Shown here: positions 18,991 to 28,657 of the stretch, in pieces | How the letters are laid out: every line of letters starts with the position of its first letter | Numbering within the stretch: the stretch's first letter is position 1 | Source: Burkholderiales bacterium | GTDB lineage: Bacteria > Patescibacteriota > Minisyncoccia > Phycocordibacterales > UBA9973 | Assembly: GCA_023701005.1 (NCBI GenBank) | Contig: JAMPXW010000002.1 | Span: 45,347-109,346 of the forward strand | Direction: 5' to 3' | DNA: 64,000 nt | Translations under genes and position numbers: made by a program | The notes under the pieces: model-generated | What the model was told of the DNA's origin: nothing | Database searches by the model: none | The model's input: the letters and a program-made list of their open reading frames with translations, nothing else

Positions 18991-19057
18991 ATTTTATATT
19001 TATTTTATTTAATAATCTCGACCCACGTCTTAATTATAGCATTTTTATCTCAAAAAT

Positions 19058-20458
19058 TTATTTATACTCTTCTATGAATTTATATAGAAGTCTAACAGGG
19101 GTGCCTAACGCACCACTTGCAAGATTTTCTCCTGCCATAGATGTCATACGAGGAGCCATATCAATATGGGCCCATTTTAATACTTTTCCATTTTTATCTT
19201 TTATAAATTGTTTTAAGAAAATAGCTCCGTGGGTGGCGCCACCATAACGAGAATCTTTATTGTGAACGTTTGTCCAGTCTCCCAAAGAACCTTTTATTTC
19301 ACTTTCATGTTCTTCCCACATTGGTAAACGCCAAAGATATTCTCCTGTTATTTCACCAGCTTTTTCTAAATCTTTTACAAGATTATCATCATCTGAAAAA
19401 ACAGCAGACATTCTCTCTCCTAACGCTACACATGCAGCTCCAGTCAAAGTAGCCACATCTATAATTACTTCAGGATTGTATTTTTGTGAATAAGTTAAAG
19501 CATCTGCCAAAATTACTCTACCTTCTGCGTCAGTATTTAAAATTTCGATAGTTTTACCAGACATCGAACGTACAACATCTCCCGGACGATAACTTTTACC
19601 AGATGCCATATTCTCAACTGATGGAATCAATGCTATTACATTTTTCTTTAATTTCATTTTTGCGACTAAGGCTATCGTATGCATGACGGCTGCACCACCA
19701 GACATGTCCATATTCATCCCAAGCAAACTATTTGAAGGTTTCAAATTTATACCACCTGTATCGAATGTGACTCCTTTGCCTACCAATACGATCGGTTTTT
19801 CATTTTTGGATGTACCCCAATATTCCATAATGATAAATTTTGATTCTTCATCAGAACCTTTACCTACTGAAAGTATCGCTTGCATTTTCTGTTTCTCCAT
19901 CTCCTTCTCACCTAAAATTGTCACTTTTACTGACAAATTCTTTACTGCTTCTTTTGCTTTATTGGCCAAAATGCTTGGTGTCATATCTCCGCCTGGAGTA
20001 TTGGAAAGTGTTCTAGTCTTATTTACTTCCGTGGCAATAGCATCACCCTTCAATATAAATTTTTCTAATTCTTTTTTAATATTCAAAATAAAAACTTCTT
20101 TTACAAAAGAAAAATCTTCTTTTGTACTTTTGTATTCTGTAAATTCATAATTTGCAAAAGAAAGCTGTGTCCCTATAATTTCAGCCAATTCTTCATCTGA
20201 AATAGCTACTTTGGAAAATTTAAAATCATTAAAATCAAAACAAATTTTTTCTGCTTTTATCCCTTTAGCACTCATTATCATTTTACGTATAAGTAAAAAT
20301 AGTTTTCTCAAAGTCATCTTTTCCTTTTCATCGCATTTCAAAAATAAAGTTTTTACACCATTTTCTTTGATAACTTCATCCTTATTTTTTGAATTGATAG
20401 AAACAAAAAGAACTTCTCCTTTTATATCTTTTATATTATTTTTGAATATTATTTTCAT
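19058..20458 (-). CDS. pepA: Leucyl aminopeptidase (M17 family)
   Basis: 'NTDAEGRVILADALTY' is the M17 signature, with the surrounding catalytic-domain blocks. Confidence 0.85.
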   Translation of the reverse strand: MKIIFKNNIKDIKGEVLFVSINSKNKDEVIKENGVKTLFLKCDEKEKMTLRKLFLLIRKMIMSAKGIKAEKICFDFNDFKFSKVAISDEELAEIIGTQLSFANYEFTEYKSTKEDFSFVKEVFILNIKKELEKFILKGDAIATEVNKTRTLSNTPGGDMTPSILANKAKEAVKNLSVKVTILGEKEMEKQKMQAILSVGKGSDEESKFIIMEYWGTSKNEKPIVLVGKGVTFDTGGINLKPSNSLLGMNMDMSGGAAVMHTIALVAKMKLKKNVIALIPSVENMASGKSYRPGDVVRSMSGKTIEILNTDAEGRVILADALTYSQKYNPEVIIDVATLTGAACVALGERMSAVFSDDDNLVKDLEKAGEITGEYLWRLPMWEEHESEIKGSLGDWTNVHNKDSRYGGATHGAIFLKQFIKDKNGKVLKWAHIDMAPRMTSMAGENLASGALGTPVRLLYKFIEEYK

Positions 20459-20461
20459 AAA

Positions 20462-21880
20462 TTATTTTTCTAACTTTATCCCTAATTCTTTTAGTTGTTT
20501 ACTGCCCAATTCTGAAGGAGAATTCATCATTAAATCTTTACCCTCCCCATTTTTGGGAAATGCCATAACTTCTCTTATGTTTGGTTCATTTTCTAATAAC
20601 ATCATCAATCTATCAAAACCCCAAGCTATTCCACCATGTGGAGGAGTTCCAGATCTAAATGCTTCAAGCATATAAAACAAATTCTTTTCTACTTCTTCCT
20701 TCTTCACTCCCATTATTTCATAAACAGCGAGTAATGCTTCGGGTTGATGATTTCTTATAGAACCGCCACCTATCTCATAACCATTCAAAACAATATCGTA
20801 TTGATTTGTTAAAATGTTTGGAATATTTTTTTTATTCAAAAGATCTTCGTGATATTCAGGCTGAGCAGCAGAAAAAGGATTATGAGTAAAAGTCCATTCT
20901 CCTTCTGCCCCTACATTATTATCTTTATCTGTTTTTTCAAAAAATGGAAAATCTATTATCCAACAAAAAGCTAAAAGATTTTTATCATCTTTGTCTTTTC
21001 TTAAATCAGGACGATCATTGCCATATTTTTCCATTGCATCTTTGTATGTAATCCTAGGAAATGGAATCTCTTGAATCGTCTTTTCAGGATAAAGTTTTTG
21101 AACAATTTCTATAAGTAAATTTTCATTAAGAGACATAACATCTTCTCTATCTACAAAACTCATTTCCATATCCAATTGTGTAAATTCTGGCTGACGGTCT
21201 CCTCTCAAATCTTCATCTCGCATACATTTTGCCATTTGAAAATATTTTTCCATACCAGAAGCCATCAATAATTGTTTATATTGTTGAGGAGCTTGAGGTA
21301 AAGCATAAAATTTACCTTGATCCAACCTTGAAGGAACAATAAAATCTCTAGCTCCTTCTGCTGTAGATTTAGAAAGTATTGGTGTCTCTATTTCTATAAA
21401 ATTTTCTTTTTCTATTAAATAATCACGAATCAATTTTGCAACCTTATTTCTGTTGCGAATATTTTTCTGCATTCTGGTACGACGAAGATCAAGATATCTG
21501 TATTTCAATCTATGTTCTTCTCCTATCTCATAACCTTCTGTAGTTAAATCAATTGGTGATGTCTCGGCTTTATTAAATACATCTATACCTGTAACTTCAA
21601 GTTCTACTTCTCCATTCAATACTCCTTCTTTTATATTTTTATCTGGACGTTTATTCACAATGCCAGAAATTTTTAAAACCCATTCAGGGCGAATTTCTTT
21701 CGCTTTTTCTATTACTTCTGTTTTGTTGGGTAAAGCTACAGCTTGAACCTTGCCTGTCATGTCTCTCATATCAAAAAACACCATTTTGCCTTGATCTCGA
21801 CGAACATCCACCCATCCAGCGATAATGACTTCTTTACCTATATTTTCTTTTAAATCTTTAATATAAATTCTATTTTTCAT
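20462..21880 (-). CDS. aspS: Aspartyl-tRNA synthetase (class II, short archaeal/bacterial type)
   Basis: OB-fold 'VFFDMRDMTGKVQAV'. Class II motifs 'FYALPQAPQQYKQLLMASGMEKYFQMAKCMRDEDLRGDRQPEFTQLDMEMSF' and 'GGGSIR'. The start is taken as ATG 21880; the track ORF starts at GTG 21988. Confidence 0.85.
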   Translation of the reverse strand: MKNRIYIKDLKENIGKEVIIAGWVDVRRDQGKMVFFDMRDMTGKVQAVALPNKTEVIEKAKEIRPEWVLKISGIVNKRPDKNIKEGVLNGEVELEVTGIDVFNKAETSPIDLTTEGYEIGEEHRLKYRYLDLRRTRMQKNIRNRNKVAKLIRDYLIEKENFIEIETPILSKSTAEGARDFIVPSRLDQGKFYALPQAPQQYKQLLMASGMEKYFQMAKCMRDEDLRGDRQPEFTQLDMEMSFVDREDVMSLNENLLIEIVQKLYPEKTIQEIPFPRITYKDAMEKYGNDRPDLRKDKDDKNLLAFCWIIDFPFFEKTDKDNNVGAEGEWTFTHNPFSAAQPEYHEDLLNKKNIPNILTNQYDIVLNGYEIGGGSIRNHQPEALLAVYEIMGVKKEEVEKNLFYMLEAFRSGTPPHGGIAWGFDRLMMLLENEPNIREVMAFPKNGEGKDLMMNSPSELGSKQLKELGIKLEK

Positions 21881-22053
21881 ATTGAAATATTTTACCACAA
21901 AATAAATAAAAAAACAGCGAAGAATTTTGTTCTCCACTGTTATATTTTGTCTTCCTTTTATGAGGAAAACAAAGTAAATATTTACCACTCATCGTCTCCG
22001 ACGGTGGTCCATGCTCCTCTCACTTTAACCACCTCCTTAAAAAAGAAAAATAT

Positions 22054-22260
22054 TTAACAAAAATGATCAACTAATTTGTTTGGCCTATCAATAGGACCAG
22101 CAAATTGTGGAATTTTATGATTTGAATTTTTAACTTCTTCTTTCTTCTCTTCTCCTGCCTTAGAGGGAGTAATAGGAAGAAAAATAATTTCATCATTTTC
22201 TGAGAAGAGAACAGGAAAACCATCTCCCCCAAAAAAATCACTTTTTGTTGTTTTTCTCAT
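22054..22260 (-). CDS. Small hypothetical protein (68 aa)
   Basis: GGAGG RBS about 9 nt upstream of the ATG. No family recognised. Confidence 0.35.
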   Translation of the reverse strand: MRKTTKSDFFGGDGFPVLFSENDEIIFLPITPSKAGEEKKEEVKNSNHKIPQFAGPIDRPNKLVDHFC

Positions 22261-22385
22261 AAAAAACCTCCTTAAATAATGTTAGCTATAGAAAGAACCA
22301 CCCACCCCTCAAAACATTTATTTGAGGCTGGTGTGTAAATTTTTAATAATTTAAAATTCACACACCAAACTCAAATCTTAGCTAA

Positions 22386-22432
22386 AACAAAAACTAGCTC
22401 CGTTTTTATTTCGGAGCTAGTTTTTGTTTTTT
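22386..22432. terminator. Strong bidirectional rho-independent terminator downstream of trpS
   Basis: 'CAAAAACTAGCTCCGtttttatttCGGAGCTAGTTTTTGttttttt' is a perfect 15-bp stem with T-runs on both strands. Confidence 0.65.
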
Positions 22433-22602
22433 TATATATTTTGGTTTGTATTGCCGTATTTTATATAAAAACAAATAGCTCCCTCTTAATCCAGAAGATA
22501 ATACCGAGAAGACTATTAATTTTTATATTATTTTGACCTTTCATGTTGAACTTTTATTATAGCACACAAAAACAAAACAACAATAATACCTGTGGAAAAC
22601 TA

Positions 22603-23559
22603 TTACAAAATAACCCCTATCTGAGCTTTCACCTCTTTCATTTTTTCTTCTGCTATTTTCTTTGCCTTAATTCCACCATCTTTCAATATCTTTAAAGCAG
22701 CTGGAATATCTTTCTCAAATTCTTTTCTTTTTTCTCGAAGTGGAGCAATAAAATTTTCTATATCTTCTATTAATAATTCTTTCAATTCTTTATACTTCCC
22801 TTCTTTCTCTTTATAAATTTTTTCTAATTCTTTTTCATTTCTAAAAAGTTTGTGTATTGCAAAAACATTCTGAGGCACTCCACCACTAGAATCAGTGACA
22901 ATACTCATAACACATTTCTTTATTTCTTCTTCAGTTGCAAAAAGAGGAATGTGATTGTTGTAGCTCTTTGACATTTTTTTACCATCGGTGCCAGGAACAA
23001 TAGCAACATTTTCTAATATCATAGGTTCTGGTAATTTAAAAATTTGATTTCCTTTACCAAATATTCTATTAAACTTTTCTGCTGTATCTCGAGCTATCTC
23101 TACATGCTGTTTTTGATCTTGGCCGACAGGGACTATGTCTGGGCTGTAAAGCAAAATATCTGCAGCCATGAGCATCGGATAATTAAAGGTACCTATACTT
23201 ATTTCTTTATTTTTTGCTTCTGCATCTTTAAAAGCATGAGCTCTCATAAGATATGGCATAGTGGTCAAAGTATCAAATATCCAAGCCAATTCTGTGTGCT
23301 CACTTATATCTGATTGTTTAAAAATAGTTATTTTGTTTGAATCTAAGCCTATCGCCAAATAATCCAATAAAACTCCGACGATATTTTTCTCCATTTCTTC
23401 TTTATTTTGGATAAAATTCAAAGCATGGTAATCAGCTATAAAAATATAACCTTCATGGTCTTTTTGTAATTCTACAAATTGCTTCATAGCACCAAAATAA
23501 TTGCCTATATGTGGTGAACCTGTTGGTTTTACGCCTGATAATAATATCTTTTTTGACAT
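22603..23559 (-). CDS. trpS: Tryptophanyl-tRNA synthetase
   Basis: 'LSGVKPTGSPHIGNYFGA' (HIGH region) and 'KMSKS'. Confidence 0.9.
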   Translation of the reverse strand: MSKKILLSGVKPTGSPHIGNYFGAMKQFVELQKDHEGYIFIADYHALNFIQNKEEMEKNIVGVLLDYLAIGLDSNKITIFKQSDISEHTELAWIFDTLTTMPYLMRAHAFKDAEAKNKEISIGTFNYPMLMAADILLYSPDIVPVGQDQKQHVEIARDTAEKFNRIFGKGNQIFKLPEPMILENVAIVPGTDGKKMSKSYNNHIPLFATEEEIKKCVMSIVTDSSGGVPQNVFAIHKLFRNEKELEKIYKEKEGKYKELKELLIEDIENFIAPLREKRKEFEKDIPAALKILKDGGIKAKKIAEEKMKEVKAQIGVIL

Positions 23560-23665
23560 AATAATATATTATCACACTTCAATTGTTTCAGCACAAGTAT
23601 TTCTCCACATTTTAATAACAGTTTTAATAACTTTCCTGCTTTGACTATTTTTTTACTATGCTAGA

Positions 23666-25066
23666 ATGACTTTAATGATAAAACAAAATAAAAATAATAT
23701 ACGCATTCCTCCCCAAAGTATTCCTTCAGAACAAGCTGTTTTGGGTTCTATAATGCTCAGAAAAGATGCTATACATGAAGTCGAAGATATAGTAAATTCA
23801 GATTCATTTTATGTAGAAAAACACAAAATTATTTTTCAAGCGATGCTCGATCTTTTCTTAAAGAATGAACCCATCGATATGCTTTCTCTTTCTACAAAAT
23901 TAAGTGAACAAAAAGTAATAGACGCAGTCGGTGGCAATCAATATTTAGCAGAAATAGTAAATACTGTTCCCTCTTCTACAAACATAAAACATTACGCTGA
24001 TATAGTTCAAAAAAAATATATATTAAGAAGTCTCATTGAAGCTGCTGATTATGTATCAGAACTCGCTTTCGAAGAAGGCGACGACCATATGGATGATATT
24101 TTAGATTTAGCAGAAAAGAAAATCTTTAGCGTTGTTTCTTCTCCTAAAAGTCAAAAATATACAAATCTAAAAGATGCTCTACCTGAAGCTTGGGAACGTC
24201 TAGAAAAATTACATGAACACAAAGGTGCACTAAGAGGCTTACCTACAGGATTCAAAGAATTAGACAACACACTCTCGGGATTACAAAAATCTGACTTAAT
24301 AATACTTGCAGCTCGTCCATCTATGGGTAAGACTACCCTAGCTCTAGACATAGCCCGCATGTCTTCTGTTACTCATGATAAATCAGTATTGATATTCTCT
24401 CTCGAGATGTCTTCTCAACAATTAGTAGATAGAATGTTGTCTGCTCAATCAAGAGTCAACGCTTGGAATTTACGCACAGGACATCTTTCTTCCGATAGAG
24501 ATTTTTCTCATTTACGAGATTCTTTAGATCGATTATCAAAAGCTAAAATTTATATAGATGATCAACCTGGAAATTCCATAGTGAGAATGAAAGCTCTTGC
24601 CCGCAGGCTTAAAGCAGAAAAAGGTCTTGATCTTATCGTAGTAGACTACTTACAACTTATGACAACCTCAAAGACTTATGATTCTATGGTTAATCAAGTG
24701 ACAGAGATATCTAGATCATTAAAAAGTTTAGCAAAAGAATTAGACGTTCCAGTATTAGCCCTATCACAGCTCTCTCGTGCCGTAGAATCTAGAGGAGGCA
24801 GACCAAGACTTTCCGATCTTCGTGATTCAGGATCTATCGAACAGGATGCCGATGTCGTTATGTTTATTCACAGAGAAGATAAAGGCAAGGACGAGTCAGA
24901 AAAAACAAATATCGCAGAAATATTAATTGAAAAACACAGAAATGGTCCTACGGGAAAAGTTGATTTGTATTTTGATGAGAAAACTACAACATTCTTAAAT
25001 CTTGAAAAGAGCAGTCTTAGTGATTTCAGTCCGGCAAAAGTAAGTGGTGAATTAGATGAATTTTAA
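23666..25066 (+). CDS. dnaB: Replicative DNA helicase DnaB
   Basis: N-terminal 'PPQSIPSEQAVLGSIML'. Walker A 'ARPSMGKTTLALD'. 'IVVDYLQLM' and 'ALSQLSRAVESR' (RecA-like helicase motifs). Confidence 0.9.
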   Translation: MTLMIKQNKNNIRIPPQSIPSEQAVLGSIMLRKDAIHEVEDIVNSDSFYVEKHKIIFQAMLDLFLKNEPIDMLSLSTKLSEQKVIDAVGGNQYLAEIVNTVPSSTNIKHYADIVQKKYILRSLIEAADYVSELAFEEGDDHMDDILDLAEKKIFSVVSSPKSQKYTNLKDALPEAWERLEKLHEHKGALRGLPTGFKELDNTLSGLQKSDLIILAARPSMGKTTLALDIARMSSVTHDKSVLIFSLEMSSQQLVDRMLSAQSRVNAWNLRTGHLSSDRDFSHLRDSLDRLSKAKIYIDDQPGNSIVRMKALARRLKAEKGLDLIVVDYLQLMTTSKTYDSMVNQVTEISRSLKSLAKELDVPVLALSQLSRAVESRGGRPRLSDLRDSGSIEQDADVVMFIHREDKGKDESEKTNIAEILIEKHRNGPTGKVDLYFDEKTTTFLNLEKSSLSDFSPAKVSGELDEF

Positions 25067-25682
25067 AATGAATACAGTAGAAAAATTAACAGAAGTATTT
25101 AAAGAATTCCCAGGTATAGGAGAAAGACAAGCAAAACGTTTTGTATATTTTTTAATGTCCAAAAATCCTGCTTATGCTGAGAATCTTTCTCTTTTGATAA
25201 AGGAATTAAAAAAAGATACTTCTCAATGTGAAGAATGTTTTAGATATTTCATTTCCGAATCTAAAAAAGAAAAAAGATGTGATATTTGTTTGAGTCAAAA
25301 CATAGATTCTTCGGAACTCATGATAATAGAAAAAGATTCAGATCTAGAAAGCATGCACAAAAGTAAAATTTATAATGGTAAATATTTTATTTTAGGAGGT
25401 TTAGTTCCAATTGTAGAAAAAAGCACTATCTCCAGAGTCAGAATAAATGAATTAGTAGAAAATATTAAAAGAAATAGTAATACTTTAAAAGAAATAATAC
25501 TCGCCTTCTCGTTAAATCCTCAAGGTAATCACACAGATTTATATATACGTAATCAATTGAAACCCATCACAGATCCTTTGAATATAAAAATATCTTCTTT
25601 GGGCAGAGGCCTTTCTACAGGCACAGAACTTGAATATTCAGACAACGACACTCTTAAAAACGCTCTAAAAAATAGACAATAA
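25056..25682 (+). CDS. recR: Recombination protein RecR
   Basis: HhH 'FPGIGERQAKRFVYFL'. C4 zinc finger 'CEEC...CDIC'. Toprim block 'MIIEKDSDLESM' and 'YFILGGLVPI'. Confidence 0.8.
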   Translation: MNFKMNTVEKLTEVFKEFPGIGERQAKRFVYFLMSKNPAYAENLSLLIKELKKDTSQCEECFRYFISESKKEKRCDICLSQNIDSSELMIIEKDSDLESMHKSKIYNGKYFILGGLVPIVEKSTISRVRINELVENIKRNSNTLKEIILAFSLNPQGNHTDLYIRNQLKPITDPLNIKISSLGRGLSTGTELEYSDNDTLKNALKNRQ

Positions 25683-25708
25683 AAAAACCACCTTGCGGTG
25701 GTTTTTTA
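25683..25708. terminator. Bidirectional terminator between recR and rplU
   Basis: 'aaaaaACCACCttgcGGTGGTttttt'. Confidence 0.6.
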
Positions 25709-25713
25709 GTTTA

Positions 25714-26031
25714 TTATTTTATATCTAAAACTTTTACTTTAAAGAATGGTTGACGGTGGCCGTTTCTCTTTAAATATCTGGATTTTTGTTTATATTTAAC
25801 AACCATGACTTTTCTAGTACGTCCTATTTGCATTAATTCTGCCTCTACAGTAGCTCCTTTTATATAAGGAGTTCCAATAGTAGTATTCTTTCCATCGTCT
25901 ACCAAAAGGACTTTATCAAAAGAGATCTTGTCTCCAACCTTGTATTCCCCTTTCAATATCTCAATAGAAACCAAGGTATCTTTTGATACTTTGTATTGTT
26001 TCCCGCCTGTTTGTATTACTGCAAATTTCAT
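25714..26031 (-). CDS. rplU: 50S ribosomal protein L21
   Basis: 'MKFAVIQTGGKQYKVSKDTL...KRNGHRQPFFKVKVLDI' matches L21. The start is taken at the internal ATG 26031; the track ORF extends to 26067. Confidence 0.85.
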   Translation of the reverse strand: MKFAVIQTGGKQYKVSKDTLVSIEILKGEYKVGDKISFDKVLLVDDGKNTTIGTPYIKGATVEAELMQIGRTRKVMVVKYKQKSRYLKRNGHRQPFFKVKVLDIK

Positions 26032-26146
26032 ATACCCCATATTATATGAAAAGAGCTTAAAAAGCAAGCTCTGGACATTTTAGACCTATTTAAGAACCTT
26101 AAATTATCTTGGTTCTGGGCTTTATTTCTGTTATAATTACACCTAT

Positions 26147-27163
26147 ATGCAAACAAAAATTATTGAAAGATATTTTTTCTTTATTTTATTATTTATAACT
26201 TTTGTCTTTTCTTTTTTAATTTTTAGACCTTTTTGGATGGTTTTAGTATTAGGTGGATCTTTCTCAGTTGTCTTATACCCCATCTACGAATGGCTAACTA
26301 ACAAAAAAGTCCCCAATTGGCTATCTGCTCTTTTGACTGTTTTATTTTTTGTAATAATAATAGGTATTCCACTTTTCGGAATCGGTGCGATAGTTTTCAA
26401 TCAAAGCCAGAATGCTTATGAAATGATAGTTTCAAATCAAAATTCTATATCTTTCATAGATTCAATAAATACTTCTATAAACAAAATATTACCGGAAGGA
26501 ATTTCTTTCGATTTGTACGGCAAGATTTCTGATTTGATTTCTTTAGTAACAAACAATATCGCAAGCATATTCTCTACGACTGTTTCTACTATACTTTCTC
26601 TAGTGTTAACATTACTTTCTATTTTCTATTTCCTAAAAGATGGAGCGCGTTTCAGAAAAGCCCTCATCATATTGAGTCCTCTCTCAGATGTTGATGATCA
26701 AAAGATAATAGCTCGTCTTGCTGTTTCAATAAATGGAATAATAAAAGGATATCTTTTTGTTGCCCTCATTCAAGGCATATTGATGGGTATCGGTCTCACT
26801 TTATTCGGCGTTCCAAATGCTGCATTATGGGCTGTTATAACAGTGATAACAGCATTGATACCTACGATAGGTACAGCTCTCATCTCTGTACCTGCAATAA
26901 TATTTCTTTTAGTTACAGGAAATACTGTACAAGCTATCGGTATGCTTTGTTGGGCTGTAGCAGTGGTTGGTATGATAGACAATTTATTAAGCCCTCTTAT
27001 TGTCGGCAGTAAAACAAAATTACCACCTTTCTTAATACTATTTTCTGTACTTGGTGGTATTTCCTTAGTGGGGCCTTTAGGTATATTAGTCGGTCCTTTA
27101 ACGATAAGTTTGCTTTACACTTTGATTTCTCTTTACAGAGATGAATTTCAAAATAATAATTAA
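26147..27163 (+). CDS. AI-2E family transporter (UPF0118/PerM-like permease)
   Basis: About 8 TM helices with 'VPNAALWAVITVITALIPTIGTALISVPAIIFLL' and 'MIDNLLSPLIVGSKTKLPPF', typical of AI-2E permeases. Confidence 0.8.
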   Translation: MQTKIIERYFFFILLFITFVFSFLIFRPFWMVLVLGGSFSVVLYPIYEWLTNKKVPNWLSALLTVLFFVIIIGIPLFGIGAIVFNQSQNAYEMIVSNQNSISFIDSINTSINKILPEGISFDLYGKISDLISLVTNNIASIFSTTVSTILSLVLTLLSIFYFLKDGARFRKALIILSPLSDVDDQKIIARLAVSINGIIKGYLFVALIQGILMGIGLTLFGVPNAALWAVITVITALIPTIGTALISVPAIIFLLVTGNTVQAIGMLCWAVAVVGMIDNLLSPLIVGSKTKLPPFLILFSVLGGISLVGPLGILVGPLTISLLYTLISLYRDEFQNNN

Positions 27164-27166
27164 TTT

Positions 27167-28546
27167 ATGTCATTAAAATTTTATAATACTCTCACAAAAC
27201 AGAAAGAAGAATTTACACCCATAGATAAAAATGATATCCGCATGTATACCTGCGGACCTACTGTATATTATTATGCTCATATAGCAAATCTACGTTCTTA
27301 TTTATTTGCTGATATATTACGTCGTACTCTTAAATACAGTGGACTAAAAGTAAAACAAGTTATGAATATTACCGACATTGGGCATCTTTCTAGTGATGGA
27401 GATTCTGGTGAAGATAAAATGACAAAAGGATTATTACGAGAAGGAAAAGAGCTTAGTCTCAAGAGTATGAGAGAGCTCGCTGAATTTTATACAGAAAGTT
27501 TTAAAAAAGATCTCACAACATTAAACATAGAAATGCCAGATGGAATGTATTTTGCTAGTGACTATATAAAAGAAGATGTGGAACTTATAAAAAAACTAGA
27601 AGATAAAGGCTATACTTATAAAACAAAAGATGGAATTTACTTTGATATATCAAAAATTTCTGATTATGGAGCACTTTGGGGTGGCAAAAGAGAATGGAAC
27701 AAAGAAGGTGCCAGAGTAGCTGAAAATTCTGAGAAGAAAAATCCAGAAGATTTTGCATTGTGGAAATTCAACGACAAAATAGGATTCGAATCCCCTTTCA
27801 GAAAAGGTTTTCCTGGTTGGCACATAGAATGTTCTGCATTAGGTATAAAATTTCTAGGAGAACAATTTGATATTCATACAGGAGGAATAGATTTGATACC
27901 TACTCATCATACAAATGAAATAGTTCAATCAGAATGTGCTACAGGCAAAAAACCCTTCGTCAAATTTTGGATGCATAGCGAGCATGTAGATATTGGTGGA
28001 GAAAAAATGGCAAAATCCTCTGGAAATTTTTTAAGAGTTGAAAATTTATTAGAAAAAAGAATAAATCCTTTAGCCTATCGTTTTTGGCTTTTAATGGCTA
28101 GTTATCGCACAAAAATAAACTTTAACTGGGATGCCCTAGAAGGGGCTGAAATAGCCCTAAAACGCCTTTATAAACTTTATATTGAGCTCGGAGACGAGAT
28201 AGGTGTACCAAACAAAGAATACCAACAAAGATTTAAAGACTACATAGAAGATGATCTAGATACACCGAGGGCTTTGCCTCTTTTGTGGGATTTAATGAAA
28301 GATAATGAAATATCCCCTGCCGACAAAAAAGCAACAATTTTAGATTTTGATAAAGTATTTGGACTTGGTTTTGAAAATATAAAAGAAGAAGAAATTCCAG
28401 AAGAAATTCAAAAATTATCAGAAGAAAGAGAGCAAGTTCGTAAAAATAAAGATTTCAAAAAATCAGATGAATTGAGAGATAAAATAATATCTCTAGGTTA
28501 TGAAATAAAAGATTCCTCAGAAGGTCCGATAATCCATAAAATTTAA
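27167..28546 (+). CDS. cysS: Cysteinyl-tRNA synthetase
   Basis: 'MYTCGPTVYYYAHIANLRSYL' (HIGH-like) and 'KMAKSSGNF' (KMSKS). Confidence 0.9.
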   Translation: MSLKFYNTLTKQKEEFTPIDKNDIRMYTCGPTVYYYAHIANLRSYLFADILRRTLKYSGLKVKQVMNITDIGHLSSDGDSGEDKMTKGLLREGKELSLKSMRELAEFYTESFKKDLTTLNIEMPDGMYFASDYIKEDVELIKKLEDKGYTYKTKDGIYFDISKISDYGALWGGKREWNKEGARVAENSEKKNPEDFALWKFNDKIGFESPFRKGFPGWHIECSALGIKFLGEQFDIHTGGIDLIPTHHTNEIVQSECATGKKPFVKFWMHSEHVDIGGEKMAKSSGNFLRVENLLEKRINPLAYRFWLLMASYRTKINFNWDALEGAEIALKRLYKLYIELGDEIGVPNKEYQQRFKDYIEDDLDTPRALPLLWDLMKDNEISPADKKATILDFDKVFGLGFENIKEEEIPEEIQKLSEEREQVRKNKDFKKSDELRDKIISLGYEIKDSSEGPIIHKI

Positions 28547-28657
28547 AATTACCGATACCTCTTGTTTTTTTATTTATTTGTTGTAATCTAAAAATAGATA
28601 AACAAAAGTCAAGGTGGCTTTTAATTAACTTCATTGAAATAATAAAGGGAGTGTTTT

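Noticed and set aside
21881-22053. T-box riboswitch upstream of aspS
   Set aside because: 'ggaccaccgtcgg' is only a loose resemblance to the T-box core (GGGTGGNACCGCG). I found no specifier-loop or antiterminator architecture.
22330-22366. Hairpin GGTGTGTAAATTTTT...AAAATTCACACACC considered as a small RNA or riboswitch
   Set aside because: It is a simple 14-bp stem with one mismatch, in the 340-bp trpS-downstream spacer. It has no flanking conserved structure. It is more likely a second terminator or stability hairpin. There is no evidence for an ncRNA gene.
22261-22602. Possible tRNA or other RNA gene in the long aspS-trpS intergenic region
   Set aside because: No cloverleaf-compatible segments were found: no GTTC/TψC-like arm and no acceptor-stem complementarity. 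The region is AT-rich with promoter-like composition.
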